A DNA stretch of 64,000 nucleotides, taken from contig JACDET010000001.1 in NCBI GenBank assembly GCA_013816255.1, positions 67,968 to 131,967 on the forward strand. The letters run 5' to 3'. A program made the translations under genes and the position numbers. The stretch comes from Candidatus Levyibacteriota bacterium (lineage in GTDB: Bacteria; Patescibacteriota; Microgenomatia; Levybacterales; UBA12049). Below the pieces are notes generated by a model. That model worked only from the letters and a program-made list of their open reading frames with translations, made no database searches and was not told where the DNA came from. Shown here piece by piece: positions 40,089-48,375 of this stretch; position 1 is the first letter of the stretch; each line of letters starts with the position of its first letter.

Positions 40089-40163
40089 TGTCATCCTGAA
40101 CTTGATTCAGGATCTCTAGATTCCCGCCTTCTCGCCTACGGCGAAGGGGGCGCTGGAATGACA
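40089..40163. repeat. REP/RPE-like composite palindromic element after ribH
   Basis: TGTCATCC...GGAATGACA outer repeat enclosing ATCCTGAA-CTTGA-TTCAGGAT and a GC-rich hairpin. Confidence 0.65.
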
Positions 40164-40169
40164 TTTGAT

Positions 40170-40658
40170 TCACTTTTTATGTATTTGATTACTTACATCT
40201 AAAGCTTTCAAAACTGCAACGGCACCCTCAATACCTTTATTCATATCGTTATCGGAAGCCCGCATTTCTGCTTGTTCTTTTTTGAATACTGCCAGAATTT
40301 CAATCGCGACAGGAATGCTGTAATCAATTGAAATTTGCATAAGCGCGCGGGCACATTCGTTTGCAATCATTTCGAAATGGTACGTCTCACCTTTCACAAT
40401 GACACCAAAGGTAATAATCGCATCAAACTTTTTTGATTTTGCGGCTGCATGAACAACATAGGGAATTTCCCACGCACCAGGAGCACTGAATACTTGCATA
40501 TTCTCTTCTTTCACTCCTGCTTTAAGCAATGTTTGAACCGCATGCTTTTGCAGATTATCATTCAATTCTTTATGATAGTCAGTTCTAATAATAGCGACCC
40601 GCACAACTTCTGGGTTTATTGATTGTATATGTAATTCTTTTTCGTGTTTTTTTAGCAT
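40170..40658 (-). CDS. ribH: 6,7-dimethyl-8-ribityllumazine synthase
   Basis: PGAWEIP, GVIVKGETYHFE, QA..RA, NKG.EGA. Confidence 0.93.
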   Translation of the reverse strand: MLKKHEKELHIQSINPEVVRVAIIRTDYHKELNDNLQKHAVQTLLKAGVKEENMQVFSAPGAWEIPYVVHAAAKSKKFDAIITFGVIVKGETYHFEMIANECARALMQISIDYSIPVAIEILAVFKKEQAEMRASDNDMNKGIEGAVAVLKALDVSNQIHKK

Positions 40659-40659
40659 G

Positions 40660-41244
40660 TTACTTTTTTGCGGCTACTAATTTCTCGAGATATTTTGCAA
40701 GCACATCAACTTCAATATTTACACTATCATGTATGCGAGTTGTATACAACATAGTTTTTTCCCATGTATGCGGGATTATGCCGACAGTAAAATACTCATC
40801 CGTAACATCAATGACCGTAAGTGAAATACCGTTTAGTGTAATAGAACCTTTCTCGACAATATATTTTCCGGTATCCTGCGGAAGAGAGATAGTAAGTATG
40901 CGGCTGTTCCCCGCTTCTAGTATAGAATCAATCTTTCCAACGCCATCAATATGTCCTTGGACAATATGACCCGCAAGAAATGTTTCACTTGTTGCAGGCA
41001 ATTCAAGATTGACCAAACTTCCTTCTTTCAAATTCTGGATATTGGTTCTGGCTGCAGTTTCCGGCATATATTCAATTGCAAATGATGTATCATCAAAAGT
41101 TACTGCGGTCAAACAAATACCATTCACAGCAATACTCATACCAAGCGTTACTTTTTGCACTAAATCTTCACTCGTTGTAATAACAAGTCGATTTGCAGTT
41201 CTTTCTTTAACTTTTCCTACATGGGTTATGATGCCGGTAAACAT
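40660..41244 (-). CDS. ribE: Riboflavin synthase (alpha chain)
   Basis: MFTGII, SIAVNGICLT, GHIVQGHIDG, KGSITLNGISLTV, VNIEVD. Confidence 0.95.
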   Translation of the reverse strand: MFTGIITHVGKVKERTANRLVITTSEDLVQKVTLGMSIAVNGICLTAVTFDDTSFAIEYMPETAARTNIQNLKEGSLVNLELPATSETFLAGHIVQGHIDGVGKIDSILEAGNSRILTISLPQDTGKYIVEKGSITLNGISLTVIDVTDEYFTVGIIPHTWEKTMLYTTRIHDSVNIEVDVLAKYLEKLVAAKK

Positions 41245-41345
41245 AGTCAAGATTATATCAGAGGAGTGACTGTTGTCCTAGAACTATTAAAAAGGTAACT
41301 CTTTTCCATAGACACAATAGCAATAGTTTTCTATAATGTATCATC

Positions 41346-42116
41346 ATGTACCTGCAGATACCTCTATCAAAAATTATTCTTTTTGCGGCCGGATTTAGTA
41401 TTGTTTTTTATACTGTTCGTGTCAGCAGCATCATACCGAACAATCTTGTAGTTGATGATTTCCGTTCTGTCATCCCGTTGTTTTCGAGTATCACTGTTAT
41501 TTTTAGTATTATTTCTGGTTTTGTAATCCAAGCACAATGGCATAAATGGGACACTCTCATTGACGCCGTACGCGGCGAAGTAAATATGTTACGGCATATT
41601 TATGTCATGGCGCAAAATTTTCCGGCTGGTCCAAGAAAAAAATTGCGAAACTCTATTGAAGAATATCTTGAAGTTCTCATTGCTAGCTCTGACATTAGTT
41701 CACATCATCGAGGAGTACGTTCAAAAAATGTCGATAAAGCAATGTATGAAATAGACAAAAACGTTTTTTATGTTCTGGATAAATATACGCAAACCGGCAT
41801 GGGCATCTTTATGCTTTTTAACCGAGCTATGGAGTTTAGAGAAACCCGTATTCAAAACGGCAGCAACAGATTGCCGATCATGCTCAAACTTCTTATCATT
41901 TTGATGACGATTACCTTGATTGGAGCATCATTCTTTATCTTTTTTAATAATGTTTGGTTTGAATATGTTTTCCGTCTTATTCTCGCGCTTCTTGCATATA
42001 CAATTTATTTAATCATTGATGATTTAGATGACCCATTCTGCCCCGGGAATTGGCAACTGAAATTTAAAGGATATAAAGAGTTACTGCAAGAGATGCAAGA
42101 GGAAAAAAAGCATTAA
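41346..42116 (+). CDS. DUF4239/bestrophin-like membrane protein
   Basis: 4 TM segments; C-terminal IDDLDDPF.PG.W. Confidence 0.65.
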   Translation: MYLQIPLSKIILFAAGFSIVFYTVRVSSIIPNNLVVDDFRSVIPLFSSITVIFSIISGFVIQAQWHKWDTLIDAVRGEVNMLRHIYVMAQNFPAGPRKKLRNSIEEYLEVLIASSDISSHHRGVRSKNVDKAMYEIDKNVFYVLDKYTQTGMGIFMLFNRAMEFRETRIQNGSNRLPIMLKLLIILMTITLIGASFFIFFNNVWFEYVFRLILALLAYTIYLIIDDLDDPFCPGNWQLKFKGYKELLQEMQEEKKH

Positions 42117-42694
42117 ACCTCGCTTAGAGGATGTCTATCTACAGATCTTACTGAACCATTTTCCAAAGTTACTTCAATTATTTCGCCCCGCCCAATAACC
42201 TTTGCGGCATTTTGCGGATCCCAAAAATATCGTGGTGGATCTTCTTGAATCAAATAGTAATACAAAACAGTCAATGGGTCTCCATGTGAAATAAGTATTG
42301 TATCCTTCCCGCTTGATACGACTTCATCGCAAATACTTGTCATTCTTGCTAGTAAAGATTTTTGTGTTTCACGTGTTCTATTATCTTCTTCCTCTATCCA
42401 GTGTTTTTCAGATGCATGTACTTTTCCTTGCAACTCAGGACATGCTGATTCAATAATCCTCCGATCAATTGTCACCATTGCATGTGTTTTGGAGGCAATC
42501 AATTCTGCAGTTTGTACAGTACGGACAATAGGACTTGCAATGATTGGGAGCATTCCAACTTCTTTTTTTAGGAACCAATCACCGATCATCAAAGCTTGCT
42601 TGCGGCCATATTCAGTCAAATGAAAGGGTAAATGAAATGCATAAAGATGTGCTGGATTATAATATTCTGTATGGCGTACGAAGTAGAGCTTCAT
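42113..42694 (-). CDS. Histidine phosphatase superfamily protein
   Basis: MKLYFVRH, LT..G..QA, SP..RT.QTA, ISHGD; ATG 42694. Confidence 0.88.
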   Translation of the reverse strand: MKLYFVRHTEYYNPAHLYAFHLPFHLTEYGRKQALMIGDWFLKKEVGMLPIIASPIVRTVQTAELIASKTHAMVTIDRRIIESACPELQGKVHASEKHWIEEEDNRTRETQKSLLARMTSICDEVVSSGKDTILISHGDPLTVLYYYLIQEDPPRYFWDPQNAAKVIGRGEIIEVTLENGSVRSVDRHPLSEV

Positions 42695-42798
42695 ATATAA
42701 AGTATAGCGAACTCTTTTGAAGAACAAAAGCAATGAAAACAAAAAAAGACAGCTATATATTGCTATATAACTGTCTTTCCTGTTTGTCTTCACGGTAT

Positions 42799-43530
42799 TT
42801 ACTCTTTAATTTTTTCACCTTTACCAGCTTTTGCATGTTCCGTTGAATCATCGTGCCAGCCGCGTCCATCGTGAGAAGACGTTTTTTTTGTTGTTTTACC
42901 GCCTTTTGCTCCCATTGTTGCAAAGTGATGTGTCTGCTGATGTGATTGATTCTGGTAATCACTATCATTCGTCGAACTATTAGTCGTTTTACCAATAGTA
43001 TCACTGCTTTGCGCAATCGTTTTTATATCTGATGCATGATATTGATTGAATACATCATTTACAAAAGAAACTTTCGCATCTTGTGTCGGGACGATAAGAA
43101 GAATTGCTCCTTCTTTTACCTGTGTTTCATAATGCTCAGCATCTTCTTTTGAAAGCCCAAGCCCCATGAGTGCACCGATAAGACCTCCAGCAATAGCACC
43201 TGTTGCGGCGCCTGAAACAGTTGTCGCAGCTGCTCCAGTCAAACCGAGGGCAGCACCAATTGGCCCACCAATTAAGAATCCTCCCAATCCGGGAAGCACT
43301 GTTCCTGCAAGAAATCCTGCAATACCACCTATGGCGGCACCAGTTGTCGCACCGGATAAAGCACCTCCTGCAACATTAGCACCTGTATCATCACTGATAT
43401 CTTTGGCTTCTTTTGCATCTTTCATAACAATAGAAAAATCTTTTGTGTCAAGCCCATTTGCTTGCAATTTTTCAATTGCTTCTTCAACATCTGATTTTTC
43501 TGTAAATACACCTAATAATGTTTTTGTCAT
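42799..43530 (-). CDS. General stress protein (17M/YflT-like, Gly-zipper) with a C-terminal KGG motif
   Basis: GA..GA.IGG..G repeats, GLIGAL..LG...EDA..YE..VKEG, MGAKGGK; SD AAAGGAGGTG. Confidence 0.8.
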   Translation of the reverse strand: MTKTLLGVFTEKSDVEEAIEKLQANGLDTKDFSIVMKDAKEAKDISDDTGANVAGGALSGATTGAAIGGIAGFLAGTVLPGLGGFLIGGPIGAALGLTGAAATTVSGAATGAIAGGLIGALMGLGLSKEDAEHYETQVKEGAILLIVPTQDAKVSFVNDVFNQYHASDIKTIAQSSDTIGKTTNSSTNDSDYQNQSHQQTHHFATMGAKGGKTTKKTSSHDGRGWHDDSTEHAKAGKGEKIKE

Positions 43531-43577
43531 ATATTTATCACCTCCTTTCTTTAACTCCAAGAGCATAAACTACTGAC

Positions 43578-43615
43578 ATAAGAATGAGGTTAAGAGCATG
43601 TAAGAGATGGTAAAC
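43578..43615 (-). promoter_or_regulatory. Four tandem TCTTAC-like boxes upstream of the stress gene
   Basis: Minus strand GTTTAC-N4-TCTTAC-N4-TCTTAA-N6-TCTTAT. Confidence 0.55.
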
Positions 43616-43631
43616 AATATGGTAGGGTGGA

Positions 43632-44987
43632 CTAAGAAGATTGTTTGTGATTTTTACCAAGCCACAAGCCAAGTCCTATCCAAAACGCTGTAATAAGATA
43701 CGCAATAATAAAAGCAATTCCGGAACCAAATTCGTGGATCACAATCGCTGCCATTGCAGTCACAATCCCCCCACCCATAAATGGCTCAAAGGCTAGTTGT
43801 TTGTATGCAAAACTTTCCTTTGCTTTTACTTCATTTTTTGGATCAATAAGACGGTTTAAAAGAAGCCCTGTTGCTGTCATTCCCATTGATTGTCCGACAT
43901 TGGTAATGCCATTGACGAACCAATTGGTCGGAAAAAAGCGTGGTGCAAAAAAGTAAAAACTCCCAAGAATCCATGCAACGCCCGCAAATGCTAAGATCGC
44001 AAATACCGCCCAATTCTCACCGATTACTTTAAGAGAAACTGTCGCGATAGCACTTGCAATGAGTAAGTCTAGAGCAATAGAACTGAAATTCTCAGCAGTT
44101 CTTCTTTTGATAAGTGATTGCTTGTCCAATCTCTTTAAACCTAATTGCACAATAAGTCCCCCGAGCATTGCCAAAGTAAAAAGCGGAAGATAGGTAAAGA
44201 AGCGCAGATCAGTAAACTGACTCATAACGATATCTTCAGTGAGAATAAGTCCTTGTAATAATACCCAACCAATTCCGATTGAAAGCGCGAACGCTATGAT
44301 GTTTATGAGTAATGTCTTTGGCCGTTCATTGAATTTTTTTGCTAAATCAAGAATATCGTAACCACTTTTAATAAGTTGTCGTTCTTGCTCTTTCCAGAGT
44401 TCATCATTATTAAGATTTCCCCGGCGGCGATTGTAAATATTTACAAGAATGACACCACTGATGATTGCTGCAACCAAACTAAACGTCGCAAGTCCTAAAG
44501 CAATGTCAGTCCCCTCAGCCCACCCTAATTCTTCAAATGTCGGAGCAAGACCGGCTGCAGTACCATGTCCGCCTTCAAAACTTATCTCGATGAGGGACCC
44601 AACCATAGGATTCGTGCCAAACAGCGGAGACAGGACAAAGAGCGATAATGCAATTCCAATAACATATTGTCCCCACGCCAATGTATTTCCAAAAGCTATC
44701 ATAGGCGCTGAGGTCTTCCAAATTTCCTTCATGCTTGGGATAAACCTCCCGAGAAAGAGTCCCGCAAAGACGATATTGATAAGATACTTTGGAAACTGTT
44801 CCCAATAGCTTGTAACTTCTGGCGTAAAGTATCCAAGTATTTGCGGACCCATGAGTAAACCAAGAACACCAGCAATTAATGAGCTTGGGATGAACAATCT
44901 TTGCAGAAAACCAGTTTGCCGTTTAATAAACCTGGCAACGAGGACGATTATAAGAAGTAAAATGATGCTATCAATAATGGGCGGCAC
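43632..44987 (-). CDS. gltS: Sodium/glutamate symporter (ESS family)
   Basis: FIPSSLIAG, FEGGHGTAAG, GMTATGLLL..DP; multi-TM; GTG start. Confidence 0.85.
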   Translation of the reverse strand: MPPIIDSIILLLIIVLVARFIKRQTGFLQRLFIPSSLIAGVLGLLMGPQILGYFTPEVTSYWEQFPKYLINIVFAGLFLGRFIPSMKEIWKTSAPMIAFGNTLAWGQYVIGIALSLFVLSPLFGTNPMVGSLIEISFEGGHGTAAGLAPTFEELGWAEGTDIALGLATFSLVAAIISGVILVNIYNRRRGNLNNDELWKEQERQLIKSGYDILDLAKKFNERPKTLLINIIAFALSIGIGWVLLQGLILTEDIVMSQFTDLRFFTYLPLFTLAMLGGLIVQLGLKRLDKQSLIKRRTAENFSSIALDLLIASAIATVSLKVIGENWAVFAILAFAGVAWILGSFYFFAPRFFPTNWFVNGITNVGQSMGMTATGLLLNRLIDPKNEVKAKESFAYKQLAFEPFMGGGIVTAMAAIVIHEFGSGIAFIIAYLITAFWIGLGLWLGKNHKQSS

Positions 44988-44995
44988 GTTAATTT

Positions 44996-45092
44996 AGTAT
45001 ATACCTATCGTCCTTCATTTTGCAAAAATTATTAGGCAAAATGAAGGACGGGGCATACTACGCTATTTGTAAAATTAATTAAAAGGAGTATA
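44996..45092 (-). repeat. Dispersed intergenic element, copy B (hairpin plus promoter)
   Basis: 15-bp arms 45009-23/45036-50; matches 15470-15551. Confidence 0.85.
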
Positions 45093-45144
45093 GCAAAAAT
45101 AACAAAGAAACTCCTCCGCTAATGGACGCGGGATAACCTAAAGT

Positions 45145-45657
45145 TTAGTTATTTGTGAGCAAATCTTCAAGTTCAACAAATATTCTATCGTTATACTCCT
45201 GCGGTCTCAGCTTTAATAAAGTACTTCCAAAACGAAGCATATTTTGCATTCCTAGTTCACTTTGCATTTTTCGATACGTGGTGAGGTTATCAATAATATC
45301 TGCAGCTTTGACGATTGAAGCATTTTCCCCACTTTGAATACATGCTTTCATTAGCTCGTCATATCGAATGTCTTCAGGAAGCTCTTCATTTTTTGTATTT
45401 GCTTTCACGATATCTGCAACATCACGACCAAACTCTTTGGCAATATCCTTAACCGTAACTTCAGAATCTTCCACAAGGTCATGCAATAATCCTGCTACGC
45501 AAATAGTACTTTCGTATCCGTGGTTGTAGAGATACACACCTACTCTGACACTATGTAACAATGTGGGTTTGGGAAGATCTTTTGCATCAGGCATTTTATC
45601 AGAGAGAAAACGGAGAGCTTCTTCAAAATCGCGATCTGTCGTTGGAAAATGTAACAT
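45145..45657 (-). CDS. HD-domain protein, Mesh1/small alarmone hydrolase-like
   Basis: GLLHDLVED, FG..VA.IV, VKAADIIDNL. Confidence 0.8.
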   Translation of the reverse strand: MLHFPTTDRDFEEALRFLSDKMPDAKDLPKPTLLHSVRVGVYLYNHGYESTICVAGLLHDLVEDSEVTVKDIAKEFGRDVADIVKANTKNEELPEDIRYDELMKACIQSGENASIVKAADIIDNLTTYRKMQSELGMQNMLRFGSTLLKLRPQEYNDRIFVELEDLLTNN

Positions 45658-45677
45658 AGTGAAAGTATAGCAGAATA

Positions 45678-46286
45678 CTATGCTTTAGCTAATACATTTG
45701 CCCATAACTCCTTTTGACTAGGATAAACGTATTCTGGGAGAAAGCCGAGTTTGGTGTAAAGATTGATGGCGGGTAATCGGGATTGCTCTGTCTCGAGTAC
45801 TGCATCTCGGCAGCCGATCTCTTTAAAGAAATGTAAAACTGCGAGCGATACAACATAACCCAATCTTTTCCCTTGATGATCTGGATGGACTGCGACCCAA
45901 TGGACGTAACCTGATCCTGGATACAGTTTTGGTACAAGCCTTGCCGATGCTGTTGCAATAGGTTTGTTGTTAAAGGTTACGATGAACGTTCTTTTTACAT
46001 CCTCTGCATCAAGGAGAATATACCGTGCACGAAAGGCTGGCCAAAAAGGACTATATGCAGTTTTCAATATCTCAGCAATTGCTTTGGCATCGTGAACGGT
46101 AGCAACTCGGAGTTCATAATCTTTTGGTAAGTGAGGTAAGGCTGGAAGATCATCCAGATTTGCTCTGCGCATAAAAAGCTTTTTCTTTTGATCCAAACTA
46201 ATAGCGCCGACAGTAAAATCACAAATACGGAAAATATTTACAAGAAGCGATTGACGTTGCAATTTTATCCACCTATGCATGAGCAA
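45678..46286 (-). CDS. GNAT acetyltransferase
   Basis: VAVHPDHQGKRLG, AINLYTKLGF. Confidence 0.85.
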   Translation of the reverse strand: MLMHRWIKLQRQSLLVNIFRICDFTVGAISLDQKKKLFMRRANLDDLPALPHLPKDYELRVATVHDAKAIAEILKTAYSPFWPAFRARYILLDAEDVKRTFIVTFNNKPIATASARLVPKLYPGSGYVHWVAVHPDHQGKRLGYVVSLAVLHFFKEIGCRDAVLETEQSRLPAINLYTKLGFLPEYVYPSQKELWANVLAKA

Positions 46287-46317
46287 ATTGTACCAACTTC
46301 AACACATAGAAACAATT

Positions 46318-46839
46318 CTATATTGTCGGAATCGGTGTAATCTCTGTTGTGGTAGGAGCAATAGTTGGTGCTACTGTTGGAACAGCTGTAGGTACAGAAG
46401 TCGGCTGAGCAGTTGGTGCTGCTGTTGGATCAGGCTGCTTTGTCGGTGCTTGAGTCGCTACAGGTGCTTTGGTGGCTGTCGGTTTTTTGGGTAATTGGAC
46501 GGTGGTGTTAACCTTTTCATCTCTAGAAGTTTCAGGTGATGCAAACCCTTCAGCTCCTTTTACTTCCTCTTTTATCGTTGGTGAAGCTTTGGTTTCATTT
46601 TTTTTAAGGTCTACATTCTTTGATGTATCTTTGGGGGAAAGCATAAATGAATTAATCAAAAAGATAGCCAATAACGCTACACTAAGCACCCCACCAGTAA
46701 GTGCCAAGAGTTTTTTGGTGGACATTGATTCAGAATTTAAATCACTATAAAGATTAAGAGCTTTCGTTTCCTTCGGCGTTTCTTTCGCATCAGTTACAAC
46801 TTCACTTTTCTTCTCCGGATTGATATGTGGGATATCCAT
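46318..46839 (-). CDS. Single-TM protein with a Pro/Thr/Ala-rich extracellular tail
   Basis: TM followed by PTA/PTV repeats. Confidence 0.7.
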   Translation of the reverse strand: MDIPHINPEKKSEVVTDAKETPKETKALNLYSDLNSESMSTKKLLALTGGVLSVALLAIFLINSFMLSPKDTSKNVDLKKNETKASPTIKEEVKGAEGFASPETSRDEKVNTTVQLPKKPTATKAPVATQAPTKQPDPTAAPTAQPTSVPTAVPTVAPTIAPTTTEITPIPTI

Positions 46840-46889
46840 GTATATAGAGTATAAACGCTAATGCGAGAGGAAACAACGGTATATGCTGT

Positions 46890-47453
46890 TTATCTAGTTC
46901 CAGATTGATTTCTATAGCGACGTCTGAGATATGCATCTGTAACTAGATTCGATACAGCGCCGGTTCCTAAAGCTGCAAATGATGTGAATAGGGCTGTATC
47001 TGCGGGGACTTCAGCTCCGTACTTATACGCTGCAACTGCAGCCACACCCGCACCAGCATATGTAGCAACCGTTCTTCGCAACCGCTGAGTTGGTGTTCTA
47101 TCTTGTTCATCTAGCATCATAACAGTATCTTTTTCTATACCTCCAGGTAATTGAGTTGACATCATTCTTCCCGCATCAAATAACGCACCTGCACTGAGAA
47201 CGGCCGCGCTCAGTCCTACTGCTTTTGCATCTAGAGGTAGACTTGCCAAAAAATCTACGACTGTCGCTGAATCTGGTAAAGGCAAACCTCTCGCTCTAAA
47301 TTTCTCATCAGTTGTCTGCTCAGGCTCAATAAGTATTGCTGCCGCTGCCGTTGTTCCAGCGAGTATTGCTGCTTCTCCTGTACGAACAATCGACCTTGCG
47401 CCAAAGTCTATACGTGGGTTTTCAAACATATTCATAGCTGACATTGTATACAT
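46890..47453 (-). CDS. Hypothetical membrane protein
   Basis: Ala-rich hydrophobic segments; no family recognised. Confidence 0.55.
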   Translation of the reverse strand: MYTMSAMNMFENPRIDFGARSIVRTGEAAILAGTTAAAAILIEPEQTTDEKFRARGLPLPDSATVVDFLASLPLDAKAVGLSAAVLSAGALFDAGRMMSTQLPGGIEKDTVMMLDEQDRTPTQRLRRTVATYAGAGVAAVAAYKYGAEVPADTALFTSFAALGTGAVSNLVTDAYLRRRYRNQSGTR

Positions 47454-47521
47454 TTATATACTATAAGTCAGTCCTGTCTCCTGAGCTTTATATATAATTT
47501 TGTTTTTGCTACAATAATTCC

Positions 47522-48142
47522 ATGAAACTCCTCCTCACAAGCTTTTGGACATCCCCTGCTCAGGATCAAGAATTGATCAAACTTGTCGGCAAAGAACAAA
47601 AAGATATTAAAGTCGCGTACATCGAAAACGCGTTTGATATCTATGACGATGAAGCATCTCTTATCGAAGGACGAAAGATATTGCAAGAGAAAGGATTTGA
47701 TTTTGAAGTAGTCGATTTACGAAAATTTCGAGATGATCATGAAGGTTTGAAAAAGATTCTAGAGTCAAAAGATGTTTATTGGTTCACTGGCGGCAATGGT
47801 TTTTATCTTAGATCCCTCATGAAAGATACGGGCGCGGATGAGATGATTATCAACGAAGTGAAAAAGGGTAAAGTGTATGTCGGAGCAAGTGGAGGAGCAG
47901 TCATAGCAGGCCCCACAATGAAGCACTTTGATAATCAGGATGATCCAAAAGAAGCTCGGGAAATTATATGGGAAGGCTTGGGTCTTACAGACATTGTCCC
48001 AGTCCCCCACGTCGATAATCCAGATTTTGGTAAAGGCTGTCGGGAAGCAGGAGAACTTTGTGCCAAAGATGGATATAAAACAATAGAATACACAGATTCA
48101 CAAGCACTCCTCATAGATGGAAATATACAGAGAATTATTTAA
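47522..48142 (+). CDS. pepE: Peptidase E (S51) family protein
   Basis: GGN.FYL, YVGASGGA (Ser nucleophile), VPH. Confidence 0.85.
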   Translation: MKLLLTSFWTSPAQDQELIKLVGKEQKDIKVAYIENAFDIYDDEASLIEGRKILQEKGFDFEVVDLRKFRDDHEGLKKILESKDVYWFTGGNGFYLRSLMKDTGADEMIINEVKKGKVYVGASGGAVIAGPTMKHFDNQDDPKEAREIIWEGLGLTDIVPVPHVDNPDFGKGCREAGELCAKDGYKTIEYTDSQALLIDGNIQRII

Positions 48143-48169
48143 TCGTATCCCCACGCAGAACCCATAGTA

Positions 48170-48198
48170 TTGACATTTACTCATTTCTCCGCTATAAT
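48170..48198 (+). promoter_or_regulatory. Consensus sigma70 promoter
   Basis: TTGACA-N17-TATAAT. Confidence 0.85.
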
Positions 48199-48209
48199 CC
48201 TATAGTTTT

Positions 48210-48371
48210 ATGATTACACCGTTTTCATCGTTACTTACAATAATTTCGCCTTTGGGCACGAGTGCGCAAAATGATTTGATTTATATGATTTTGCCCTCAA
48301 TAGCTATAGCTCTTGGAACTATTTGTCTTGCCAGCCATATAACCACACGTGTCGTTAAAAAGTTCATCTAA
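48210..48371 (+). CDS. 53-aa membrane microprotein upstream of GT2-LysM (not in ORF track)
   Basis: MITPFSSLL...LIYMILPSIAIALGTICLASHITTRVVKKFI; follows a perfect promoter; stop 4 nt before the next ATG. Confidence 0.65.
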   Translation: MITPFSSLLTIISPLGTSAQNDLIYMILPSIAIALGTICLASHITTRVVKKFI

Positions 48372-48375
48372 TACT

